In this document: in pieces, positions 11,221 through 21,597 of the stretch
Numbering within the stretch: position 1 is the first letter of the stretch
Layout: the number at the start of each line of letters is the position of its first letter
Assembly (NCBI GenBank): GCA_000004985.1
Contig: GG738859.1
Reading direction: 5' to 3' (one strand)
Length of the DNA stretch: 64,000 bases
Origin: Naegleria gruberi
Lineage: Eukaryota
Program-made: the position numbers and the translations under genes
The notes under the pieces: model-generated
Told to the model about the DNA's origin: nothing
Databases searched by the model: none
Seen by the model: only the letters and a program-made list of their open reading frames with translations

Positions 11221-12306
11221 ATGGGTGCAAAACAAAGCAGGAATAGTGCAAAGAAAGTAGACGAAAGCTCATCCACAATACAAGAGAAGAAAATACAAGA
11301 AAGAACCGTTATGCTTTTCTCAAAATGCGGAGCAAGTACATTCAGCAGACAACTCACGAATGATAAATTACATGATAAAAATCAAATTGACTATTGTTGT
11401 CATGCTCTGTTATCACGAATGGAAAATTTTGATGAATTTTATTCTATGGATGAAGAATTTGCAAGATTAAAGAATTTCAATCAATTTAATAGAATTCCAA
11501 GACCTAGGGAAATGCTTACAAGAATTTGGAAACATGACGAAATGAGACGAATCTTAATGGAAAAGTATCACAATGTTTGGAGATTTGAAAATTTATCTTT
11601 ATTTATGGAACACTTATTGAATGGAAATTTTGATAATCAATTGGAAAATCCTTTTACATATGCTTCAACAAAAACAACAGGTGTTATAATTAGTGATTTC
11701 ATTCATAGTGATCCAATTATTGGTCAACCCATTAAATACAATCTAGCAGAAATTGGAGGATCTAGAAGTGAATGGAAGAAAGCATTTATCTGTTTTGAAA
11801 ATGTTTATTTTATATTCTTCTTTTGTGGACTTTCGGATTTTCATGATAATCCTAACTATGATTTCGAACATGAATTTGTAAAATTCAATTATGTTTTTAC
11901 CTGCAATAAGTTTCATGAGATTAATCCAAATTGTAGAATAATATTCTTATTTACAAAACCAGACATCTTACAATCAAAGCTTAAAAGGGGCAGTATTTAT
12001 GACATTAAGAAGAATTATGAAATAAGGGAAGAATTGAAACAAATATCAAATGAAAATGAAAGAAATGTCATCAATTCCATAGTATGTGATTTTTTTGCAG
12101 AGCACGAGACGGAGTATCACATTGTAAATTTACTAAATAAGGAGGAGGTTAATCAGGTGAGAGATTTGATTTTGAGTGGAGTGAAATCAAGGTTTCCATT
12201 CATTTCTAAATGTTTGAGAGATGAAGGAAAATGGAGGCAAGTTCTTTTCAGAATATTGAAAGATTCTAAACTTGGTGATATTTCAATAATTGCCAGAGGT
12301 GAATAA
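11221..12306 (+). CDS. divergent G-alpha-like protein with degenerate GTP-binding/hydrolysis motifs (probable pseudo-GTPase), 361 aa, single exon
   Basis: MGAKQS start. Clear G-alpha homology along the full length. The P-loop GxGESGKST is replaced by FSKCGASTFSR. The switch I Arg is lost (ASTKTTGV instead of RVKTTGI). DVGGQ is replaced by EIGGSRSEWKKAFICFENVYFIFF, so the catalytic Gln becomes Ser. NKxD is replaced by TKPD. It lies 218 bp downstream of the canonical G-alpha at 9750..11002, in the same orientation. Confidence 0.75.
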   Translation: MGAKQSRNSAKKVDESSSTIQEKKIQERTVMLFSKCGASTFSRQLTNDKLHDKNQIDYCCHALLSRMENFDEFYSMDEEFARLKNFNQFNRIPRPREMLTRIWKHDEMRRILMEKYHNVWRFENLSLFMEHLLNGNFDNQLENPFTYASTKTTGVIISDFIHSDPIIGQPIKYNLAEIGGSRSEWKKAFICFENVYFIFFFCGLSDFHDNPNYDFEHEFVKFNYVFTCNKFHEINPNCRIIFLFTKPDILQSKLKRGSIYDIKKNYEIREELKQISNENERNVINSIVCDFFAEHETEYHIVNLLNKEEVNQVRDLILSGVKSRFPFISKCLRDEGKWRQVLFRILKDSKLGDISIIARGE

Positions 12307-12364
12307 ATGTATTTAATTGTATTATTTTGAAATATATAGACAGTACTAATAATATGAAGGAGAA

Positions 12365-12437
12365 GCCGACATAGCTCAGTTGGGAGAGCGTAAGACTGAA
12401 GATCTTAAGGTCCCTGGTTCGATCCCTGGTGTCGGCA
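12365..12437 (+). tRNA. tRNA-Phe (GAA)
   Basis: GCCGACATAGCTCAGTTGGGAGAGCGTAAGACTGAAGATCTTAAGGTCCCTGGTTCGATCCCTGGTGTCGGCA. Cloverleaf with 7-bp acceptor stem, GCTC/GAGC D-stem, TAAGA/TCTTA anticodon stem and loop CTGAAGA. T-arm CCTGG/CCTGG has one T:T mismatch (human tRNA-Phe has T:G there). Followed by a TTTT Pol III terminator (12441..). Confidence 0.85.
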
Positions 12438-12663
12438 AATTTTAGATTTTAGTGTCTTCCCTTAACTGCACAATAGCCATTTTCATAACGATGCAATCTC
12501 AAAATAAATTCATGTTAAAAAAATGTTAGAAAAAAATTAATTCTTTCATTTTTGGTAGTTTACCATTTTGGTTAATTTATCTTCAATATTTGCTATTATC
12601 CTTTTTTGTTTTTTTTACTTTTTGGCTACCTTTTCCAAGTTATCTTTAAAAAAAACAAGCAAA

Positions 12664-14883
12664 ATGGTAGAATCACCAATTCTTCAAAAAGATCCTAATG
12701 AACAGCTGTTGCTACAAAGCCAAAAGCCACTTGGTCAACCACAACAGCAACCTTACAATGCCATGCAAATGGAACTCACTCCACAACAGCAAACTCTGGA
12801 AAGTGTTGATAGACAAATGACTCAAGCATTTGGTCAACCATTGCCCCAACAGCAACCCATCCAATTTCAACAGCAACAACCATTAACCAGTAGTAGTGGT
12901 ACCTTGCCAACTGCTAGCAATTTGGAAAGAAGAGAAGAACCTGAAAAACTTATTCAACCTTCTGAAGAATTAATGGAAGAGAAACAAGGTGGTAGTGCTC
13001 TTGGTGTTAGCAACATTTCTGGTTCTAGTAGTGGAGCTACTCAACAAATGTCCATTTCTCCTTCGGTAGAAAAGTCAACCTTGCCACCCTTACCAACTAG
13101 TACCTTGCCTCAATCTGAACCATTTAGCCAGGAACAACATATGGTTAGTCATGATGTGAAAACACCTCACATTCGTGAGTACCCATGTATGAAAGCAGTT
13201 GTTACTTGTAACTATCAACAAGATGAACCAGAACACATGCTTGTTTATGTTGACAAGTATCCAAGACCTATTCGTATGAAATCTGATGAAATTCTTGTCA
13301 GAATGAAATGTGCTAGTGTCAATGATTTGGATTACAAAATCTGTCAAGGTAAAATTCCAGTTGAAATTCAAACTACTCCAATTCATTATCCGCTCATTGT
13401 TGGCGCAGATGGATGTGGTATAATTGAGAAATTAGGTGGAGATCCAACTAATCTCAGAGTAGGTGATTGTGTCTTTGGTTTCACCAATCAATTGGGTACA
13501 TTTGGTGAGTTTGCTATCTTTAAGGAGAGAGAAGTCATGATGAAACCTGACTGGTTGAGTATGGAAATGGCCAGCTGCATTCCATTCAGTGCTCTTGCTG
13601 CAATGAATTGTTTCCTTCTTGTTGATAAGAAGAGAAAGAAGAAACATGGTTTATTGGGTCCTTCCTTGTCAGTAATGAATAGAATTAGCAAATCACCTCG
13701 CTCAGTTGGTCAATCATCAAGCGTAGAAGAATCCTTTGAGAAAAAGGTCATTGAAAGCTCACAATCTCATCAGAAACTAACTCATGAAAATGAACCAATT
13801 AACCTTGAAGTTGTCAACCAACTGTTAAATGGTGACAAATCTGGTTCCATTCTCATCCAAGGAGGTGATACTTATATTGGCTCTTGGTGTATCTTACTAG
13901 CACGTTACTATTTTGGAGCTCAACGTATCTATACAACCATCAGTACAATGGACAATGAAGAATATGTTAGAAAGATGGGTGCTGATGTCATTCTCAATTC
14001 ACACGATGCCAAATATGAAGAAACCATTGAAAAAGATTTGTTGCAATATTGGGAAACATTTTGTTGTGAATTGGATCCTCACAAGAATCAACAAACAATG
14101 CAACCTCCAGCAACCTCTACATTGAATACAAGTACTGGTAGTGAAACTGTAACCCAACAAATGCAACCAACTTCAATGGTCAATCCACATCAAATGCAAA
14201 CTACCCAACAAACCATGCCTAGCTCAAACATGCAACAAACTTCATACACAACCACTACAGAGACAGTTCAAGAACAAGTGGGTTTTCCTTCTTCTTCTCA
14301 ACAAACTCATACAGTTCCAAGTCAAATGGAGTACAAGCCAAGTATGATGCATCAAACAGAACCTTCCAATGTTTCCATGTCTCCTCAACAACCATCTCCA
14401 ACTCATACTCCACTCACTCAATGGCCACATCCTGCCTTTAAATCAAAGAAGGAAATGGAGAAGTGTAAGCTCTTGATTTCAACACTCCAATTATCAATTG
14501 ACACAGTTGGTGGTTATGATAATATGCAAAAGTCATTCAATTTGTTGAATGGAAGTACCAGTCATTACATTACTACCAATCCACCAATTGAGTTGGAACA
14601 AAAGAAGGTCAGTGGAAAGGATGTTTGGAAATTGGTAAGTATGGCAGCTGCAAACAGATTGAAGAGTTTCTTTGCTAATTATCCACATTTCCACCTCTTG
14701 CCTGCTGTTCAATGTGAGAGAGAATTGATGGTAGAGTTGATGAAATGGTTTGAACAAATGGATAGAGATTGGATCCACAAGTTACTTCCATTCAAGACTT
14801 ATCCAATGACTGAAGCTGCTCGTGCTATGGCAGATTGTAAAAAGAATCCTTTCAAATTAGTGATTAACGTATCCAATGAATAA
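12664..14883 (+). CDS. MDR-superfamily (quinone oxidoreductase / Zn-ADH-like) domain protein flanked by Gln/Pro/Thr-rich low-complexity regions (~739 aa)
   Basis: First ATG in the ORF is at 12664 (the track start 12568 is TTG). GroES-like N-domain: CMKAVVTCNYQQDEPEHMLVYVDKYPRPIRMKSDEILVRMKCASVNDLDYKICQGKIPVE..PLIVGADGCGIIEKLGG..LRVGDCVFGF. Rossmann part: SILIQGGDTYIGSWCILLARYYFGAQRIYTTIS. TAA at 14881..14883. Confidence 0.6.
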   Translation: MVESPILQKDPNEQLLLQSQKPLGQPQQQPYNAMQMELTPQQQTLESVDRQMTQAFGQPLPQQQPIQFQQQQPLTSSSGTLPTASNLERREEPEKLIQPSEELMEEKQGGSALGVSNISGSSSGATQQMSISPSVEKSTLPPLPTSTLPQSEPFSQEQHMVSHDVKTPHIREYPCMKAVVTCNYQQDEPEHMLVYVDKYPRPIRMKSDEILVRMKCASVNDLDYKICQGKIPVEIQTTPIHYPLIVGADGCGIIEKLGGDPTNLRVGDCVFGFTNQLGTFGEFAIFKEREVMMKPDWLSMEMASCIPFSALAAMNCFLLVDKKRKKKHGLLGPSLSVMNRISKSPRSVGQSSSVEESFEKKVIESSQSHQKLTHENEPINLEVVNQLLNGDKSGSILIQGGDTYIGSWCILLARYYFGAQRIYTTISTMDNEEYVRKMGADVILNSHDAKYEETIEKDLLQYWETFCCELDPHKNQQTMQPPATSTLNTSTGSETVTQQMQPTSMVNPHQMQTTQQTMPSSNMQQTSYTTTTETVQEQVGFPSSSQQTHTVPSQMEYKPSMMHQTEPSNVSMSPQQPSPTHTPLTQWPHPAFKSKKEMEKCKLLISTLQLSIDTVGGYDNMQKSFNLLNGSTSHYITTNPPIELEQKKVSGKDVWKLVSMAAANRLKSFFANYPHFHLLPAVQCERELMVELMKWFEQMDRDWIHKLLPFKTYPMTEAARAMADCKKNPFKLVINVSNE

Positions 14884-14930
14884 GTGTAATATAATATTGT
14901 AAAAAAATAAATAGTATTATTTGTGAAATG

Positions 14931-17900
14931 TTACTGTTCTTCAATATCTTCAAAATCATCATCGTTTTCAGAGTTGCTATTTCGTGACCAAGCAACTAAT
15001 CCAATTGCAACATTGACCACATACTTGAAGTAGGTCTTTCCATTGATAGTGCACATGGTGGGAGCGTATAAATCTCTTCGTTTCAGTGAATTACCAGCAC
15101 TTCTTAATCCGTTAAGAGTACTTCTTCCAATGTACATAGAGTCAGAATCAAAGTCAGCATTGGCAAACATGAATTTGATTTCCACTTTTTCTAATGCATG
15201 CTTTTCCTCGTTTTTATCAAATGAGCAGAGAGTTAGGAAGATGGCACACTTATCCGATTGGTCATCAACCAGCACTATAATTGTTGAGATAATAATATTT
15301 CATTAAAAACTTACTTTTTGTTTCTCCTTTTGGATAGAAACAAACACACCACTTGAAACCAAATGCATTGATAATATCTGAATAACAATCATCACCATTC
15401 TCCTCTGATGTAGAAAGAATAGAAACAGTATGAATGGATGTTGGCAATTCGTCAAAAGTTCTAAAAATCCAAGGGGCATAATGTCTAGAAGATAATTCCT
15501 TTTCTCCTTGGTGAATTTGTTCAATTTTCTGAACAGTGGTCTCTGTTTTGTATTCTGGAATTTCCAACAGCTTGAGACAAACTACAAACTTGTAAATATC
15601 AAATTCATCATTTGTTTCGAATGGATGGAATTGAGTTGCATCTACATATTCTCCATAGGAACCACCCAACATTTTAAATTTCTTAACATAGACCAAGTAT
15701 GTTATTGGGTTAAAGTCGTAATTGCACATCATGTATTGGAGTTTGATGTGGTCAAACTTGTCATGTTGTAGTGGGCTCTTTGTGGAATCGAGAGTCAAGT
15801 AGATGGAGGAAGTATGTTCATCATCATTTTCATCATCCTTGTCTTTAGGACAAAAATCAATAATCCATCTGTAGCCATAGGCTTCGAAAGGTTCTGATTC
15901 ATAGTGTCTTGTTCTACTTCCGCTCTTTGGAATTTTAACTGTTGTAATGTGGATGGAAGAATCCTTGTAGGATTGTGGAATTCTCTCATGAATGCATTCT
16001 AATGGATCCTTTCCTTCATAGCTCTCAATTGAAAGTTTAGAAATATAATCATCACCAGGATTGAGTGTCTTGGCAAAATTGTCCAAAGCATGTAAGGTAG
16101 GAACGTGATTCTTCAAAATATCTTGATTCATTAAATAGTGAATAAAGTCCAAAACTTTTGAAATGTGAGGATAGCCTCTGGTTAAAATGTCTGCCATTTG
16201 CATAATGTAAAAAACAGGATAATTCTCAATGATACCATAATTATCCAAAATATGCTGAATTATTTGTTCAATGAGTGGATCAATAGATTCATCACCAGTA
16301 AATTCATCAAGTTTGAATAGACCATTGATAGTGTATCTAATTTCTCCAAGATTGAACAATATCATGGATGCAATTGTAAAGCATCTACAAGATGTCACAA
16401 ACTCCAAGCTCTTTCCAATGGCTTTTGCTAACTTTTTCTTTCTTTCATCTGTTACAATCTCTCTATGGTCTCTCATGATATGATCAAGTAATTCGAATAT
16501 ATTGCAAATACCAGTAGAACCTCCACAGCCACTAGGGAATGTTAGTATGTACTTGTAACAGAAATCATAAATTTTTTCTTGTGGTAGAGGTTCTGATTTA
16601 GGGTCGTGAATATATGGATTTTTGCTCAAATATAAATCTAAAGCAAAATTAGCCAAGGTCATTTCTCTACTCTCCAAAAGAATGTTGACGTAATCCTCCA
16701 CTGCATGGTAATTATTATCTCCGTAAATCCAACCATGATATGATTTAAATTCCTCATATTGCTCATCAATTTCCATTTCCTCATTTTCTGGCTCATCTAC
16801 TACAATGGTAACGAATGGATGTTCCTGTTGGAAAATGGAAAATTCTTTGGAAAATAGAATATTTTCACAATATTGAACAACTATAAGATCACAGTTTGTG
16901 AGTTTTCCAAGGTATGGAAGACAGTTATTTGTAATGGTATTGATATGTTCAAGGTATAGGCAAATAAGCTCCTTTTCGTTGAGAGGAAGTAATTGTTCAA
17001 TAAACTTGTCAGAAAGGTCGGATCCTACAAAGAACAATTCTCGCAATCTTGATAATGACAAAATATTGGAAATAAAACCAGGTTCCAAACCAGTGAGGTG
17101 TTGAGTTCCAGTGAACATTAGCTTTTTCAAAGATGTTGGAAGGATAAAATCTGTAAAATCAGTAACCTCCTCTTCAAATGCACTACACTCCAAGCTCTTT
17201 AAATTTTTAAACTCTCTCAGGAATGGAATGTGGCTCTTTTTAATTCCATATAAATTGAGTTTGGTAATATTTTCTTTAGGTAGGTATTGTGCAAGGGAAC
17301 CTCCAATGCCATTTCCTTCAACTTTACTGAGTGGAAAGTTCATTTTTACATTACTCTTCTTAAGTGTTTCATGGAGAGGTTTGAAAACTTTCACTAGTGC
17401 TTCATTGGTATTTTCATCACCTTTAACAAATAAATTAATCAAGTTTGGTGATTTTCTAAGGAATGAAAAGTCCAGATTTGGTTCTTCTAAAATATCTAGA
17501 ATGAGAGTTTCCAAGCTTGGACCGACCAGAGCATTGATAATCTCCGAGAATGGTCCCTTTACATAGAGTCCACTTTTAATTTTCAAGTATTTCAGGGAAT
17601 TTTTCATAGTAGTATTGAGTGATTCCAAACTGGTTTTGGAGGCCTTGAGGAAGAAGGCATAGAGTTGAAATTTGAGGGTCAATGAGTTCAACTTGGTGAG
17701 AGTACTCAGTGTATTTAGAACACCATCAAATGTGAACTTGCTTCCTTCAAATCTTGGAATAAATTTCAAACATAGTTTTTCTAAATATGGAGCCAGTGTA
17801 GAGATTGATTTTTGTGCGTTAACAATGTGAGCCTCAGTGGAGAGAACGTATGGAATATTGAGAGATCTTATATTTCTAAGAGTTTCTGTTTTAAAAATAG

Positions 17901-18901
17901 TATAAAAGCCACCTTGAATAAGAGTCATTTCTTCGTCCATGTCTTCATCTTCGTCATCATAATTTGGACATACTACCAATTTAAAGTCTTGTAATTTTTT
18001 CAATGATTTTAACATCATTTCAACTGGTTTGTCTTGTAAATTGTCGCCTCCTACATAAAATTTGACAAGATTAGGACATTGGTTTACAATGCTCTTAACG
18101 TTCCTATAAACAACTGGATAGTAAATTTCTAATTCTTCCAAAGTAGGAGGAAGTTCAATACTAGCCTGTTTCATATCTTGATCATTAACGTCCAATTCGT
18201 CGGCATCTCTTCCAAGTGAAAGTATTTTAAGATTTTTGAAATGTTTTAATAGTGGAAGGTGTTCCAAGAGAGTATTTGAAATTTTAAGACTCGTTATTGT
18301 TTCCAATAATTTGCTATTGTTTTTGACCCATTCCTTGAGATAACTACCATGTGCTTCATCGAGAGCAAATAATTCCACCTCCTCTAGTGTTTGCAATTTT
18401 GACAAATGACTCAGTCCAACATCTGTTTTTGAAAATAATGATAATATTATTAGAGCAATCTCAAGAACAAATAAACCTACCAGTGAGTGAAAGGGTACTA
18501 ATTAAATCAAAATCTTGAAAATCAATCTTTTTAAGCTTTGGTAAATGTACAAGAAAATGATCAACAATCTTCTCAAACTTGGTATTTGTTGTTCCGACAC
18601 GAATAGAATACTTGGTTTTCATATTAACAAAATAATACCACACCAAATCTGACAAGTTTTTAGAAACAAGTCTAATACGTAATAATTGATTGGTAGTAAA
18701 ATAACCAAACAAGTGTTCAACCCAAACATCATGCGGAACACCAAGAAAATGGTCTATCAAATCCAATCTAAATTCATGATAAAATTGATGATGTTCACTT
18801 CCATTACTAGCAACTATTTCCTCCACTTTTGAATATTCTTGCTGCTGGTGAGACTGCACACCATTTTGCTGCTCCGAATCTTGTGGTGAGGAGTTTTGCA
18901 T
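14931..18901 (-). CDS. F-box / leucine-rich-repeat protein with C-terminal MATH(TRAF-like) domain (3 exons, ~1290 aa)
   Basis: Exon 1 complement(18481..18901) carries the F-box: LDLIDHFLGVPHDVWVEHLFGYFTTNQLLRIRLVSKNLSDLVWYY. Intron 18423..18480 (GTAGGT..AACAG). Exon 2 complement(15315..18422) has ~3.1 kb of LRRs (LxxLxL-type repeats throughout). Intron 15275..15314 (GTAAGT..TATAG). Exon 3 complement(14931..15274). The MATH-like segment spans the last intron: ..AFGFKWCVCFYPKGETK|MLVDDQSDKCAIFLTLCSFDKNEEKHALEKVEIKFMFANADFD. Confidence 0.7.
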
Positions 18902-19170
18902 TTTTATTAATAAGTTTAAAAATAATTGTTGGATTTATTTTTGGTTTGAAAATTGAATTGAACGTACTTATTGAAGTTTGAATAAGAGAAAGGTAGCAAT
19001 GAATGGTATTCTTATATTGAGTCTCAAACCTTAATGAATTTTTGTGTTTAATTCTTGTTTTTAGATGACACTCAAATTGGGATCAGCTCCTCTAGGAATA
19101 CAAGAGCAATCAATTTGAAGTTGGTTTAATAGTAAATAACGGATTGAAATGTAACTTAATTTATAGATTT

Positions 19171-20358
19171 TTATATGAAAGTGAGTATCCTCTTATTGGA
19201 AGAATCAACAATTAGTAATTCTCCAGTTTTTTCACAAAGACAAAGAGCATTAGGAAATGAGAATTCATTTCGTCCCTTTCCTTTTCTTCCAAAACTTTTA
19301 AGATGATGACCATCCTCACTGAATACTTGAAGTCTATGGTTTGAATAGTCACAAACAACTATCCTCTTGTGAACTGAGTCAAAGACAATTGAGCTTGGAT
19401 ATTCCATTCGCCCATTTTCGCTTCCCCTTCCACCAATGATTTTGCTAGTTTTCCAAATTTCTTGATATTGGTTCGAGTTGTCAATCTTTGTTAAATGGCG
19501 TTTCAATATTTGAATTCTGTGAGAAAGACTCTCGGTGACAATCATTTCCCCACAACTTGTAAAGTCAATTCCCCAAGGACTTGTCATTGAAATTCTATCC
19601 TGAATACCTATTGAGGTTACAGTTTGTCCGTTCAATGTTTTCATCACTCGTACACAATTCGAACTTCCATCACAAACGAAAGTGTAATTTCTCTCAACTC
19701 GTCTCTCATTGATAATGTCTACAAATTTCCTTGAAACTATTCCATTTGGATATTTAACATCAGTGTTTCTCCACAAATATTTTGATTCCTTACATTCAAT
19801 CATGGATTTGAGATCGTACTTGTAAACAGAATTATCATTACTTGTAAATAAGAGAGCATCATTTCCGTAGCCATCATAATCTGACTCAATGTGCATATAT
19901 CGAGGGGTGGAAGGTAAATTGATTGAGGTGAGGAATCTACGAGAAATTAAATCAAAGAGTTGAATCATTCTCGACTCCTTCTCACTCACCAAAACACAAG
20001 AGCACGAGAAGGAAATTTTAACATCGAAAGGATTTTTAAGGAGAGGTTGTTGAGAGGAGTTGTTGTCTGGTTGTGAACTTCTTCCATCCTCAATACAAGG
20101 TTCTGAGCAATATTCGAGAGAATGAATGAGATGAAAATTCATGGAGAAACCTTTTGGGGAATCAGAATGGGCCATTCTAATTCGAAGTTGTTCGAAGGAG
20201 GTACTTGTTGATTTGTGCAAGTCTATCAAGTGAACAACTACTTGATCTGCTGTCGATGTTGTTGTGGTTGAGGCCTGATATTGGAACGTCATTATTTTGC
20301 TAAATTCCATGCTTGAAGTAAAATTATTATTAATGAGAGAATCTCTACAGTTGTTCAT
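19171..20358 (-). CDS. NHL-repeat (beta-propeller) protein
   Basis: ORF open from 20526 (TTG), first ATG at 20358. C-terminal repeats of the NHL type: NHRLQVFSEDGHHLKSFGRKGKGRNEFSFPNALCLCEKTGELLIVDSSNKRILTF. An upstream exon cannot be excluded. Confidence 0.6.
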   Translation of the reverse strand: MNNCRDSLINNNFTSSMEFSKIMTFQYQASTTTTSTADQVVVHLIDLHKSTSTSFEQLRIRMAHSDSPKGFSMNFHLIHSLEYCSEPCIEDGRSSQPDNNSSQQPLLKNPFDVKISFSCSCVLVSEKESRMIQLFDLISRRFLTSINLPSTPRYMHIESDYDGYGNDALLFTSNDNSVYKYDLKSMIECKESKYLWRNTDVKYPNGIVSRKFVDIINERRVERNYTFVCDGSSNCVRVMKTLNGQTVTSIGIQDRISMTSPWGIDFTSCGEMIVTESLSHRIQILKRHLTKIDNSNQYQEIWKTSKIIGGRGSENGRMEYPSSIVFDSVHKRIVVCDYSNHRLQVFSEDGHHLKSFGRKGKGRNEFSFPNALCLCEKTGELLIVDSSNKRILTFI

Positions 20359-21597
20359 ATTGTTAGTGTTGTTTTTTCTGATTATTATTTTGAAGAACAC
20401 AATGGAGCAAAAATTTAAATAGCAAAATTCAATGGTTGTCCTCTTGGAATTATAATAATCAAAGTTCGAGATAAGTTTCTTGCAGTACTGAGAGACAGGA
20501 CATTTTCGATGTTCGTCCTTGTACAAAAATATTAATGCTCAATTAATTTGGAAAATATGATGATTGAATCATACATGTTTCAATTTTTCAAAAATCTATC
20601 TTTTCCTTTCCCAAAATCAATCAATTGCTGTTCAATAGGTATACGAAGGATTCTTAGATGGATTCTTGAGTGTTTCTTATTATTTAGAATACAAATCAAT
20701 CTCTATTTTCAATACAGTTCTTTCAGTTTTGTTTTTGATATGATATCTTCCAGATTGGTGTTGACAATTGAAAGTCTGCTGAAATAATTGTTGTCTTGAT
20801 GATAAGAATCCTCCACAGAAGTTTGAAATCTTCTCTTGTAACGGAGGTAGGAGTATGTTGTTTTAAATGGTTCGAAGAATCCTTAGATTTTTCAATCAAT
20901 GTGAAGGAGAACACTCCTTAGATTCGTTTCTATAAGTGTGAGAGAATAAGGCAAATTAAGTCAAAGATAGGTTCATCAAAAGGGAAGTATCACACCATTC
21001 TCATATTATAACCAATATCCAACGTGGATGTTCTTTCAACGTAACAACAGATAAAATCCTTTTCTAATTCGGTGGATAATATTGTTATTGGTGTAGTGTT
21101 GCTTGTTGGATGGAAAATAACGTGAAGATAGGCGTATCTTGGATCATGATTTTTGTTTGCTTGGATTGTGAGTTGGAGAGAAGGTGAGGGCTGTAGTAAT
21201 TAATATTCATTGTACTCTGTGTGTTGAAGATTGCGGATAACCTTAATGTTCTTTGGAACAATCGATAGTATTGAATGATATGCTGGAAAGTATTTGAATG
21301 GTTTTTTATCAAAAAATTCTTCATTTTCTTTGATATTAGAAACTATAAGCGTCTTATTTTCTTTGGTATCAATGGCTCTTCTTAGGTTTTGAGGTTGAAC
21401 TTATTTTCCCGCCAAATTCCTTAACGCCATCTGTAAATTTAGGTTACGAAAAAACTTTAAAATCACTTTAAAAAAATTTGGACAATTACCCTCAGCCTTC
21501 CACTCAGAAGAGCTCTTGTCCAATTATAACAACATCAACAACAACAAAATCATCAACTCATCATCATCAAATTATTGGTTTTATTGGAATAAGGAAT

